A stretch of DNA of 64,000 bases from Desulfatiglandales bacterium (lineage in GTDB: Bacteria; Desulfobacterota; DSM-4660; Desulfatiglandales; HGW-15). The stretch covers positions 1,952,001-2,016,000 of the forward strand of contig CAXXJJ010000001.1 of the NCBI GenBank assembly GCA_963667015.2, written 5' to 3'. Positions 1 through 9,714 of the stretch are shown here, piece by piece. The notes beneath the pieces are model-generated. The model did no database searches. It was not told where the DNA came from and was given only the letters and a program-made list of their open reading frames with translations. The stretch's first letter is position 1, and each line of letters opens with the position of its first letter. The position numbers were made by a program, and so were the translations under genes.

Positions 1-124
1 TCCCGAATATACTCCGCGCCAGGACGTTGACACACACGATGGTCATTACTGCAACAATGGCAATGGCTGCGAGCCAGTTAAGCCATCGGGCGATTAAGTT
101 TGCGGTTTTTTCTGCAACAGTCAT
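1..124 (-). CDS. dctQ: TRAP transporter small permease, 5' part only (runs off window)
   Basis: Own translation from ATG at 124: MTVAEKTANLIARWLNWLAAIAIVAVMTIVCVNVLARSIFG, a DctQ-type first TM helix, starting just after the dctP stop. Confidence 0.8.
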   Translation of the reverse strand, partial: MTVAEKTANLIARWLNWLAAIAIVAVMTIVCVNVLARSIFG

Positions 125-126
125 TA

Positions 127-1155
127 TCAATACTGTGCGTTATATTTTTCAAGGAGCCGGTTGAATTCATCAAGCCATTCCTTTGCGGGAAGTCCCCTGG
201 CCGTATTCTCTTTGAGCCAGTCGTCGGTCAATGTCTTAAGTATCTGCATCATTTTTTCTTTTTCTTCAGGAGATACAACGGTCTTTTTTACACCGTTTTC
301 AATTGCATAGGATAACCCGTCCTGTGCTTCCTTATGGGCAAAGTTGCCTGACCAGATACTGTGCTCCATTTTCATATCTTCTATCACGCTTTTTACATCA
401 TCCGGCCATGAGTTAAATCTCTTTTCCTCTACGATCGTAAACATCACCCCTGCAGGGGCAGGGAAGGGTGTAATATATTCAACCACTTCATTGAATTTAA
501 AGGGGCGTATTATCTCAAAGGTCGTATAATTGCCCTTGATGATATTTTTCTGCAGGGCTTCATAGATTTCCGATACGGGCAGGAACACGGGGGATGCACC
601 AAGTTTTTCCAGTGCCGGTACCCCTGTTCCGGTTGCCCTTATTTCTTTACCCCTGAGATCTTCTAATGAAGTCACAGGGAACTTTCCAAAAAAACCGCAG
701 CCGTTTTCACCCAGCCCGTTGCAGCTGAAGGAGACTACCTTGACACCCTTGAACTCGGGCGGATCAAACATGTTGTACATGTCCCAGGCTATTTGAATGG
801 GCACCATGGTATGCTTATAGGGGTGGGGATAATTTAAAAGCGCCATCATGGGAAAACGTTCGGGCCTGAATGAGGATACATTCATTCCCACATCAGCAAC
901 ACCCCTTGAGATGCCCTCAATGGTATTTTTACCATTTAAAAGCGTTGCACTGTACATGGGTTTAACTTTCACCTTATGATTCGTCCGTGTCTCCACCATT
1001 TCTATCCATTTGGCGGTTGCCTGACCGGGAGGTGAGGTCTTTGAAGTCCAGTTGGTAAATGTCAGTTCCAGGTCGGTTTTTTCAGATGAACAACCCGCTG
1101 CGAAAAATAAAAATACAGCTGTGATCGCTATGTTTTGGATAAGTATTTTTTTCAT
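127..1155 (-). CDS. dctP: TRAP transporter substrate-binding lipoprotein
   Basis: Lipobox AAGC; DLRGKEIRATG and LGASPVFLPVSEIYEALQKNIIKG motifs; upstream of dctQ. Confidence 0.9.
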   Translation of the reverse strand: MKKILIQNIAITAVFLFFAAGCSSEKTDLELTFTNWTSKTSPPGQATAKWIEMVETRTNHKVKVKPMYSATLLNGKNTIEGISRGVADVGMNVSSFRPERFPMMALLNYPHPYKHTMVPIQIAWDMYNMFDPPEFKGVKVVSFSCNGLGENGCGFFGKFPVTSLEDLRGKEIRATGTGVPALEKLGASPVFLPVSEIYEALQKNIIKGNYTTFEIIRPFKFNEVVEYITPFPAPAGVMFTIVEEKRFNSWPDDVKSVIEDMKMEHSIWSGNFAHKEAQDGLSYAIENGVKKTVVSPEEKEKMMQILKTLTDDWLKENTARGLPAKEWLDEFNRLLEKYNAQY

Positions 1156-1469
1156 ATTATAATTTGATCCTCCTTGATCATTGGCCTGGAATTTATATCG
1201 TAAATCCCAGATCTAATCAACTTTTCCATTCTATAAGTTATCCTGTTTTTTTGTAAGTTAGCTAAATTTGCTAATATTATGATTAAACTGGAATTTTATA
1301 TGATTATTTATTTTATGACAGACAATAAAAATAGCATTTACATATAAAAAAAAGGTTTTATTTTTAAAAAAAAGGTATAATACCTTGCAGTTTTTGAAAA
1401 AGGTGCTTCGCTTCCAGACTTAATCCGGTTTCGCGGAAATGGCAGCTGGTTTTATTAAAAGGAGCTATT

Positions 1470-2738
1470 ATGGAAATAACAGGTTCCTATATAAACTATC
1501 TTAACATGTCCAGTCTTCTGGCTCCCCTTGGGGTGTCAGGTTCGGCTGATTATGTAACCCATGTTTTTTCTACCAGTGTAGCGGAACTTCAGGACAGAAT
1601 TGACCAGCAGCTATTCTCTAAGGAGTCCTCCAGGGCTCTGTCCGAATTATACAGCCAGGTGACTAATCTTTCCCTTCTGGCAGATAAATTAACAGTAAGT
1701 GATACCAATTCAGTTTTCAATGATCGTACGGCGGAATCTTCTGACAGCAGTGTTCTAACTGCCACGGCCTGGGACGCATATTCGCCGAGTACAGGCGCAA
1801 CGGAAGCCACCTATGATGTATCTGTTTCCCAGCTTGCTCAGGGGCAGGAAAATACCAGTGCGGCACTGGCCGGTGCCGGTGAAAGTGTTGTTGATGCCGG
1901 AATAAATGTTTTTTCTTTCACTGTAGATGAACAGGATTATGAACTGACCATTACAGTAGCAGCCGATGCTACAAATGGAGATGTTCTTTATGAAATAGGC
2001 AGGGTTATTAACCAGAAAGTTCCCGGGGTAGCAGCTGAAATAATCGAGAATGAAGGAACATTGAATCTGACCCTGACATCCCATGCTACAGGCTCAGAGG
2101 CAGCTTTTACAGTTTCTGATATATCAGGCAATGCAGTTGCCGCAACGGGTCTTGATAATGTAACAGCAGAGGCCACTGACGCGGTCTATTCGGTTGATGG
2201 ACAAAACCTTACCTCGGATGTTAATTCCGTATATCTTGACAATGGGGCTGTTCATGTAAATCTTTATGGGACAGGAGATGCGACTCTGGATGTGGGACCG
2301 GATGAAACGGCTGTATATAATGCAGTTACATCCATGGCCTATGGGATTAACAGTTATATGGATTTTTATAACGAGAACAGTGATTATTTAAGAGAGGATC
2401 TTCTATCTTCCCTGAACAGCCTTTTAACCGATCATGAGAGATCTCTGGCGTCGATTGGAATATCATTAAACAGTGATGGGATTCTCCAGATAAATGAGTA
2501 TAGCCTGACCAATGCAATAAACCAGAATCCTTCGGCGGTTGAAGATATTTTTTCCTCTATTGGCGGCCTGGCAGAAGAGATCAGCGGCTATACATCGAAA
2601 GTCGCCTCGGAATCGCCTCTCAGTTATGCAAAAGAAGCGGACAGCCTGAGCAAACAGTTTATAGACTTTATTTATGACTCTTCCGCAATACAGTTGAAAC
2701 AGCTTCTTGTAGGATCATTACTTAGTGTGTATGTTTAA
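1470..2738 (+). CDS. FliD-like (flagellar cap) domain protein, orphan
   Basis: SSDSSVLTATA...YDVSVSQLAQGQ, DAVYSVDG..SDVN and LASIGISLNSDGILQINE segments typical of FliD; SD AAGGAG. Confidence 0.7.
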   Translation: MEITGSYINYLNMSSLLAPLGVSGSADYVTHVFSTSVAELQDRIDQQLFSKESSRALSELYSQVTNLSLLADKLTVSDTNSVFNDRTAESSDSSVLTATAWDAYSPSTGATEATYDVSVSQLAQGQENTSAALAGAGESVVDAGINVFSFTVDEQDYELTITVAADATNGDVLYEIGRVINQKVPGVAAEIIENEGTLNLTLTSHATGSEAAFTVSDISGNAVAATGLDNVTAEATDAVYSVDGQNLTSDVNSVYLDNGAVHVNLYGTGDATLDVGPDETAVYNAVTSMAYGINSYMDFYNENSDYLREDLLSSLNSLLTDHERSLASIGISLNSDGILQINEYSLTNAINQNPSAVEDIFSSIGGLAEEISGYTSKVASESPLSYAKEADSLSKQFIDFIYDSSAIQLKQLLVGSLLSVYV

Positions 2739-2933
2739 TTCCGCCTTCTTTTCCTGATCATATCTTCTATACCTGCATTCGAGATAACAATTAACGTGTT
2801 AACTGACGCCGGCTGCCCGGCAAAGAAGCCGCGAAGCTGAAAACCAGTGCCGGATATTTAACTTGACGCCGATCTCAAATACCCGTATGATATTGCTTTA
2901 AAAGTGTTCTTGGTAGTAATTTAAAAATCACAT

Positions 2934-2963
2934 AAGCCCCGGAATATCTCCGGGGCTTTTTTT
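2934..2963 (+). terminator. Intrinsic terminator-like hairpin just upstream of the DEAD-box helicase gene
   Basis: AAGCCCCGGA-ATATC-TCCGGGGCTTTTTTT. Confidence 0.75.
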
Positions 2964-3000
2964 GTCTAATATGTATTAGCAAAAAGAAAGAAGGTATCTA

Positions 3001-4239
3001 TTGAAATTTGAAGCATTTAATTTTCATCCATCTGTAGCCGCAGGTGTTGCAGCCGCAGGTTATGAAATTCCTACCCCTATTCAGTCTATGGCAATTCCAA
3101 AGGTTGTTGAGGGGCATGATATAATGGGCCTGGCCCAGACCGGAACCGGTAAAACCGCAGCATTTGCTCTGCCCATACTTAATCGACTTTTAAAGGGTAA
3201 ACAAGGACAGGTCCGCGCCCTGATTATTGCCCCTACACGTGAACTGGCAGAGCAGATTCATCAGTCCTTTGAATCCCTCGGCCGTAAGACCCATTTGAAA
3301 AGCGTTCCTGTCTACGGCGGTGTGGGCATTAATCCTCAGATTCAGAAACTTAAGCGGGCCGATGTAGTTGTTGCCTGCCCTGGCCGTCTGCTTGATCATA
3401 TTGACCGTCACAGCATCAATCTTTCAAAACTGGAAGTGCTGGTAGTTGATGAGGCTGACCATCTGTTTGACATGGGATTTCTTCCCAGCATCAGACAGAT
3501 ATTAAAACATCTTCCGGAAAAGCGGCAGACTCTGCTTTTCTCGGCAACAATGCCCTTTGAAATTAATCGACTTGCAAAGGATATACTGCGGGACCCATCT
3601 ACTGTCCGGGCGGGAAACACTGCGCCGGCCGAAACTGTAAGCCACGCTATGTATCCTGTAGCTCATCATTTGAAAACAGCTCTTTTAATAAAACTTCTAG
3701 GGAATACTGATACCGGGTCTGTACTGATCTTTACCCGGACCAAACATCGTGCCAGGAGCCTGGAGAAAAAAATCGCTGCTGCGGGGTATCGGTCGGCGTC
3801 ACTCCAGGGGAACCTCTCACAGTCACGACGCCAGGAAGCACTTGACGGCTTTCGAAGCGGTAAATTTCAGATTCTGGTCGCAACGGATATCGCTGCCCGG
3901 GGTATTGATGTTTCCCGGATTTCCCATGTCATAAACTATGATATCCCTGATACTCCCGAGGCGTATATTCATCGTATCGGAAGGACAGGAAGGGCAACCC
4001 GCACCGGTGAAGCCTTTACCCTTATTACCAGGGAAGACAGGAATATGGTGATAGCTATCAATAGAGTTATTGGCTGCAAGGTTGAGGAGCGTACCCTGTC
4101 TGCATTCGATTATGAATCACCTGCGCCTGATCCCAAAAACCGCTCAAATGAAAGAAGAGTTTTCCAGCCGAAATTTTCCGGAGTGAAAAGGAACAGCAGT
4201 AAAAGGAAATCTTCTCCCCGGATGTTTAGTGCATCATAG
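3001..4239 (+). CDS. rhlE: DEAD-box ATP-dependent RNA helicase (RhlE-like), TTG start
   Basis: Q motif PTPIQ, AQTGTGKT, PTRELA, DEAD, SAT, ARGID, HRIGRTGR; basic C-tail. Confidence 0.9.
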   Translation: MKFEAFNFHPSVAAGVAAAGYEIPTPIQSMAIPKVVEGHDIMGLAQTGTGKTAAFALPILNRLLKGKQGQVRALIIAPTRELAEQIHQSFESLGRKTHLKSVPVYGGVGINPQIQKLKRADVVVACPGRLLDHIDRHSINLSKLEVLVVDEADHLFDMGFLPSIRQILKHLPEKRQTLLFSATMPFEINRLAKDILRDPSTVRAGNTAPAETVSHAMYPVAHHLKTALLIKLLGNTDTGSVLIFTRTKHRARSLEKKIAAAGYRSASLQGNLSQSRRQEALDGFRSGKFQILVATDIAARGIDVSRISHVINYDIPDTPEAYIHRIGRTGRATRTGEAFTLITREDRNMVIAINRVIGCKVEERTLSAFDYESPAPDPKNRSNERRVFQPKFSGVKRNSSKRKSSPRMFSAS

Positions 4240-4255
4240 TCTATTACAAAGAAAA

Positions 4256-4289
4256 AAACAGCCCTGACCCCTATTGGCCCGGGCTGTTT
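4256..4289. terminator. Bidirectional terminator between convergent genes
   Basis: AAACAGCCC...GGGCTGTTT inverted repeat with A/T runs. Confidence 0.6.
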
Positions 4290-5004
4290 AATAGAGTGCG
4301 AACTCGTACCTGTAACCAACCCGGTGAACGGTTTTTATGAGGCATGGATTGGACGGGTCTTTTTCAATCTTTTTCCTTAGTTGAGCGATATGTTGATCAA
4401 GTGTGCGGGTTGTGCCGTAGTAATCAATTCCCCATACGGCATTCAGGAGCTGGTCTCTGCTAAGAACTTCATTCGGATGCAAATAAAAACAGCGTAACAG
4501 AGATATCTCTCTTTCGGATAGATCAATACTTTTATTTTCCACTGTCATTCTGAATTTTTTGGTATCAACAATCGCATCACCAAACCGGAAAGATTCAGGA
4601 GTATCTGAGCTGTCTTTCTGCTGATCGTGATTTCGCCTGCAGCGCCTGAGGACTGCCTGGATCCTTGCAAGGAGTTCATGCACTCCAAAGGGCTTGGAAA
4701 TATAATCATCCGCACCCAGTTGAAGACCAACTACCTTGTCTATCTCTTCGCTTTTCGCAGTAAGCATAATAATGGGGGTGACTTCATCCTTTGCACGGAT
4801 TTGTTTGCATACATCATACCCGCTTATTTCAGGCATCATGATATCGAGCAGGATGAGGTCATATTTTCCCGCTTCAAACAGTTGAAATGCTTCTTTGCCA
4901 TTGGTTGCAGCTGTAACACTGTAGCCTTCACTTTCCAGTGTATCAACAAGACCGGTAAGGATGTTGGGATCGTCTTCCGCAACCAGTATTGATATTGATG
5001 TCAT
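4288..5004 (-). CDS. OmpR/PhoB-family response regulator
   Basis: ILVAEDD, LLDIMMP, GADDYISKPF, winged-helix C-terminus; ATG at 5004 follows GGAGA. Confidence 0.92.
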   Translation of the reverse strand: MTSISILVAEDDPNILTGLVDTLESEGYSVTAATNGKEAFQLFEAGKYDLILLDIMMPEISGYDVCKQIRAKDEVTPIIMLTAKSEEIDKVVGLQLGADDYISKPFGVHELLARIQAVLRRCRRNHDQQKDSSDTPESFRFGDAIVDTKKFRMTVENKSIDLSEREISLLRCFYLHPNEVLSRDQLLNAVWGIDYYGTTRTLDQHIAQLRKKIEKDPSNPCLIKTVHRVGYRYEFALY

Positions 5005-5073
5005 CTTTTTTCTCCATAAGTTCAATGACAGAAATTATTCTTATTTGTCTTTCAATTTCGATATGCCTGTTAA

Positions 5074-5098
5074 AGGGCACGGTGCGCCGTGCCCCTAC
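5074..5098 (-). repeat. GTAG-type REP palindrome overlapping the kinase stop codon
   Basis: Minus strand GTAGGGGCACGGCGCACCGTGCCCT. Confidence 0.65.
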
Positions 5099-6780
5099 TG
5101 TTTGTGCTTATCCGGATCCATTGGGACTTTCACAGTAAAACAGCTTCCTCCACCCTGTCTTGGAGCATATGAAAGGCTTCCGCCCATGTCCTCCAGGATT
5201 CTTCTGGCAATGCTCAATCCCAGACCTGATCCCTGCTTTGTGGCAGTCAAAGAGGTATCAACACGGTGAAATTTTTCAAATATCTTATTTCTGTCTTTTT
5301 CAGGAACCCCCGGACCTCTGTCTTCTATCCTGATTTCTACAGCTCTTTCGCCGGCTTTTGAGAATAAAGATATTTCTCCGCCAGTGCTGGCGTATTTGAT
5401 GGCATTGTCCATAACATTCAGGATAACCTGCTCCATGGCATCGCGATCTGTTTTTACAGTAATACTTTCATCAGGAATATTTAAATGGGATTCCATGCCG
5501 GCATCTTTTATCCTTGGTTTGTTAAATTCAAATGTCTCCAATAATAATGGCACCAGCTCGATCTCTTCCATATTATACGTCTTTTTGCACTGCTCGATGC
5601 GGCTGAAATCCAGCACATTATTGACCAGCCTCGTAAGGCGCCGGCTCTCCGATACTATTATTCCCAGATATTTATTTTTTTTATCCTGATCATTGACCCT
5701 CCCATCAAGCAGGAGCTCTGCAAACATGCGTATGCTCGTAAGAGGGGTTTTGAGTTCGTGTGATACATTGGAAACAAAGGATGTCTTTTGCTGTGCATCA
5801 ACCATATTCTGTTTGGCATGTCTCATCAGTAGAAAACCGCCCGAAGCTATTGCCGCAATAAAGATAAATAAAAGCAGACATGCAATGATCATAAATTCAT
5901 TTCCTGACCCTGTCGAAATGTCCTGACCATCAGTATAAACCGCGATTGCCCAGTGGGGAAGGTAAGGCGCGAGAGGAACCGACAGGAGAGGTTTTATATC
6001 CTGACCAATAATCATGTCTCCGGCCTGGTGAAGCAGGCGGCCTGAGTCGTCAATAATTGCATAGGCCGATTGCCCATCCCGGGCTTGCGGGAAGTTGTTA
6101 ATCAGCCGTGACAGCAGGGTCATCAATTCAAGTTCAACACCATATACCGGAGCATCTTCATTCTTTTTCACCCATCCGAGAATATAAAGCTTGTTTTCTG
6201 CAAACCAGGGCACCCACCCGCCGGATGAAGTAGCTTCCTCTTGAACTCCGGCTGCTTTTGTTTCTCTGTAACTGTTGCTCTGGGCAATTTTCAGGAGCTC
6301 ATTTTTACTGCTTTTAATCTTAATTATATCCTGAACAAGGCTGCTCTCCTGTTCGCCGGTAATGTCCCGGTTTAGAGACGGCCATGGAATTCTGCCGGAG
6401 AATAATCCCTCAAAGCGTGAAATGAAATTTCGCTCTTCAGATGTGGATACCAGGCCTTTCTCCGGATATAGCAGACCTCTGCCTTTGTCCCATATAAAAA
6501 CATTTCTTACGAGAGGATTGTTTTCTTCCCAATCAAGCAGGGTTGCCTGTATATTGTCCTCATAGATATCCAGGAGTGAACGGGTTAATTCATCCTGGAC
6601 CGCATCGATTGTTACCTGAATGGATTCTCCTATCACCCTTGCGCGGTCTTCAACAGCAGAGACTGAAAGCCGGTTGATGCGCTCCTGTTCGTGATAAAGA
6701 AGCCTGTATGCTGCGCTGCTGATTATTATTGCAGGAATAAGAATCAGCAGCCAGTATAATAGGATGGATCGTTTTGCCAT
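5095..6780 (-). CDS. Membrane sensor histidine kinase
   Basis: Two TM segments, H-box SHELKTPLTSI, N-box DNAIKY, G-boxes DRGPG and GSGLGL. Confidence 0.93.
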   Translation of the reverse strand: MAKRSILLYWLLILIPAIIISSAAYRLLYHEQERINRLSVSAVEDRARVIGESIQVTIDAVQDELTRSLLDIYEDNIQATLLDWEENNPLVRNVFIWDKGRGLLYPEKGLVSTSEERNFISRFEGLFSGRIPWPSLNRDITGEQESSLVQDIIKIKSSKNELLKIAQSNSYRETKAAGVQEEATSSGGWVPWFAENKLYILGWVKKNEDAPVYGVELELMTLLSRLINNFPQARDGQSAYAIIDDSGRLLHQAGDMIIGQDIKPLLSVPLAPYLPHWAIAVYTDGQDISTGSGNEFMIIACLLLFIFIAAIASGGFLLMRHAKQNMVDAQQKTSFVSNVSHELKTPLTSIRMFAELLLDGRVNDQDKKNKYLGIIVSESRRLTRLVNNVLDFSRIEQCKKTYNMEEIELVPLLLETFEFNKPRIKDAGMESHLNIPDESITVKTDRDAMEQVILNVMDNAIKYASTGGEISLFSKAGERAVEIRIEDRGPGVPEKDRNKIFEKFHRVDTSLTATKQGSGLGLSIARRILEDMGGSLSYAPRQGGGSCFTVKVPMDPDKHKQ

Positions 6781-6856
6781 GGATTGTATGTTTTCGTTTT
6801 ACTTATATTTGCTGATAATTACCACAATTACCGACATGTAGCAATCAGCGTAATAA

Positions 6857-8227
6857 TTATTCCTTCTCTATCTGCTGATTTTTCATCTGGTATGATTTTG
6901 ATCTTAAAATTTTTCTCTGTTTCTTGCTCATACCTTCCTCTTCAATGGTCTTTGCCTCCTGTTCCATTACTTCGGCTTTCTCAATCATTTCCGGCATTAG
7001 ATTATCATGCCCGAATTTCTTCAACTTTTGAGCTGAGGTTTTCAGGATTGTGGCAGCGTCATCCTGTTTGCCTTCATCAGAAAGAGTTATTGCCTTTTCC
7101 TGTGCTATTGCATTTTCCATAAGGTACAATTCTTTTTGGACTGGAATATTCGCAGATTTTTCTACGATTCTCATATCGTCACTGAATATCGCATTAGCCA
7201 TTCCCTGTGATATCTCTTTTTTCTGGGTATATGAATTTATATAGGAAATCTCTGCCCTGGCTATTTCCATATCCTGTCCGGTTTTACCTGCTGGAATCGC
7301 TACTTCAACAAGTGCATACTTTTCCTGCCCCCCATAGAGCTGGTTCAATGAAAGTTCAACATTTTGCCCTCTGATCCTGCCGTCTCTTCCGATAATTCTA
7401 ACTGGTTTGACATCCCCGGGGCATTCAATAATAACTTTTACCCTTTTGGCTACCACATCAAGAACATCACCCAGTTCTGCAGTAAATATCCTGGGCAGAT
7501 CACGGCTGGATTCAACAAAATATGTATTCCCGTCACTGTTTTGAGAAAGGCGGGCCATGAGATCCTCATTATAATCAGTCCCCACACCTATAGTTGTAAC
7601 TGCAATGTCCTCTTTTAACAGGGCTGCTCCCAGGCGCCCAAGTTCTTCAGGAGAACTTGGGCCGACATTGGCCAGTCCGTCAGAAAGGAGTATGATACGG
7701 TGAATATATCCGCCCCCAAGATTTTTTCTTATCTCTGAAGCCCCCTGACTCACCCCTCCAAAAAGGGCGGTGTTTCCCCCGGGCTGGATTGTGTTAATCC
7801 TTGATTCAATCCATTCAATATTTCTTGCACTCTGGGCTGGTACAACCGTCTGGACATTATGATCATAGATAACAACAGAGCATATATCTCCGGAATCCAG
7901 ACGACGCAGTGCCTCAATGGCCGCCTCTTTCGCCTTTTCTATCTTCTGCCCTGACATTGATCCGGATCTGTCAAGAACAATAGACAGGTTTACCTTTGGT
8001 CTTTCAGATGGGCGGATTCTATCATATGGTTTTTCTGCATCTAATGTAACTTTTACAATAACCTTCTGTGGATTCTTTGCCGGAAGTACATTTCTGTCCA
8101 GTTCGACCCTGCATTTTACCGGGTCTGCAGTACCTTTTGCAGTAGATATTGAGCTGTAAGCCATAACACCGGCAAGAAAGGTAACTGCCATTAACCACAA
8201 CATGTGCCCTGTTTTATTCAATTTCAT
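6857..8227 (-). CDS. Exported von Willebrand factor A domain protein (YfbK-like)
   Basis: Signal peptide; MIDAS DRSGS, GGNT, LLSDG. Confidence 0.88.
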   Translation of the reverse strand: MKLNKTGHMLWLMAVTFLAGVMAYSSISTAKGTADPVKCRVELDRNVLPAKNPQKVIVKVTLDAEKPYDRIRPSERPKVNLSIVLDRSGSMSGQKIEKAKEAAIEALRRLDSGDICSVVIYDHNVQTVVPAQSARNIEWIESRINTIQPGGNTALFGGVSQGASEIRKNLGGGYIHRIILLSDGLANVGPSSPEELGRLGAALLKEDIAVTTIGVGTDYNEDLMARLSQNSDGNTYFVESSRDLPRIFTAELGDVLDVVAKRVKVIIECPGDVKPVRIIGRDGRIRGQNVELSLNQLYGGQEKYALVEVAIPAGKTGQDMEIARAEISYINSYTQKKEISQGMANAIFSDDMRIVEKSANIPVQKELYLMENAIAQEKAITLSDEGKQDDAATILKTSAQKLKKFGHDNLMPEMIEKAEVMEQEAKTIEEEGMSKKQRKILRSKSYQMKNQQIEKE

Positions 8228-8300
8228 TTTATCCCTCCTTTTTAAATGTCAAAGTTTAATGACATTTTACAGGGTCTGTATAAAGAGTTGTCAGGGGCAG

Positions 8301-8328
8301 GTAAAACTTATGTAAAAAAGTTGTAAAA
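8301..8328 (-). promoter_or_regulatory. Three 11-bp-spaced GTAAAA direct repeats, probable OmpR-family operator for the VWA-HK-RR operon
   Basis: GTAAAA at 8301, 8312 and 8323. Confidence 0.55.
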
Positions 8329-8340
8329 AGAAAGGAAATA

Positions 8341-8367
8341 AAAAAAGGGCGAATAATTATTCGCCCC
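8341..8367 (-). terminator. Intrinsic terminator of the esterase gene
   Basis: GGGCGAATAATTATTCGCCC palindrome followed by a T run on the minus strand. Confidence 0.7.
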
Positions 8368-8384
8368 TGCAAAAAAATGATATG

Positions 8385-9566
8385 CTATTGGAACAACTGC
8401 GGTGCAAACTCATTAAGGTATTCACGCCAGTTGGCCCATGTATGACCCCCGCTTGATTCTTTATATACAGGTGAAAAGCCATGTCTTTTAAGCATTTCTA
8501 CAGATGCTTTTGATGTTTCTATGAGGAAATCTTCACTTCCGGTTGCAAACCATAACAGTTTTAATCCTTTTTTAAGGTTTTTACTGTCCAGCATATCTTT
8601 GTGCTGTTCTTCCCAGTTTGGGGAATCAGACTGACCCTGCATATTTCCGCCCATTCCGAATATACCAGAGCTGAAAACTCCGATATAAGAAAACCTGTCA
8701 AGGTCTGACATTGCTATTTCCAGGGTCTGCATTCCACCCATGGACAGGCCTGCTATAGCACGATCCTTGCGTGTCTTGAGTACACGATAATTGCTTTCAA
8801 CATAGGGCATTATATCTTTTGTGAAATCTTCTGAGAACTCATCAACCATACCCCGGACACCTCCACCCATGCCGAAGTTTTTTGTTGTATGTCCTGCGGG
8901 CATAACCACAACCATGGGCTTTGCTTTTTTTCCTGCAATCAGGTTATCCATTATGAAGCCTGCACGGCCCACAGTGGTCCATGAATCATCACAATCCATG
9001 GCGCCGTGTAAAAGATAGAAGGCAGGATATTTTTTATTGTCAGCCTCATATCCCGGGGGAGTATATATATGCATGCGGCGAAATCTTTTTAGTGATTTTG
9101 AGTAGTAGTTGATCTCTGCTACCGCACCATGAGGGATCCGCTTTATATCCATAAAGTCAGCGCCGGGAACGTAAACCATGCTCCAGACATTGTTGTTGGA
9201 TTCGCTTGTAGATGTGTTGCTGGGATCAACAACCGAAGCTCCATCCACTGTAAATACATACCTGTAGGCCCCGGGTACCAGGGGGCCTGCAGTCGCTTCC
9301 CAGACTCCATCTTTATTTTTTGTAAACGTCAGATCATTCGGCACCATACCGCTCATATCCGAGCTTTGCAGGCCGACCTTGATGGCATCCGGTGCCAGTA
9401 TCCTCAAAACAATTTTACCATCAGGCATAACTTCAGGAGAATTTACTGGTACCATCTGAGGCCCTGCAGGTTTTTTTGCCTGGGCAAAGACAACAGCAGA
9501 CGCGAATAAAATCGTCATAGCTGCCATTAAGACAATAATAGTTTTAAATGGATTTCTAAGTGCCAT
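8385..9566 (-). CDS. Exported esterase, N-terminal CBM48/E-set domain plus alpha/beta hydrolase (YieL/CE1-like)
   Basis: Signal peptide; PGAYRYVFTVDG; YLLHG; GLSMGG nucleophile elbow; GGHTW. Confidence 0.85.
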   Translation of the reverse strand: MALRNPFKTIIVLMAAMTILFASAVVFAQAKKPAGPQMVPVNSPEVMPDGKIVLRILAPDAIKVGLQSSDMSGMVPNDLTFTKNKDGVWEATAGPLVPGAYRYVFTVDGASVVDPSNTSTSESNNNVWSMVYVPGADFMDIKRIPHGAVAEINYYSKSLKRFRRMHIYTPPGYEADNKKYPAFYLLHGAMDCDDSWTTVGRAGFIMDNLIAGKKAKPMVVVMPAGHTTKNFGMGGGVRGMVDEFSEDFTKDIMPYVESNYRVLKTRKDRAIAGLSMGGMQTLEIAMSDLDRFSYIGVFSSGIFGMGGNMQGQSDSPNWEEQHKDMLDSKNLKKGLKLLWFATGSEDFLIETSKASVEMLKRHGFSPVYKESSGGHTWANWREYLNEFAPQLFQ

Positions 9567-9714
9567 AAAATCTCCTCCTGATTTTTACAGTGTTGCCAAT
9601 AAATGCGAATCGTTCCTGTTTTGCCGGTAACGTCTATAAATATATAATATTCGATAACTCAACAGGTTTGTCAATCGATGCCAGCGGGAGAGATCTGAAA
9701 TGCCGGGATATTTT

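Noticed and set aside
1385..1460. c-di-GMP riboswitch upstream of the fliD-like gene
   Set aside because: Could not match the GEMM-I or GEMM-II core motifs by eye; an Infernal/Rfam scan would settle it
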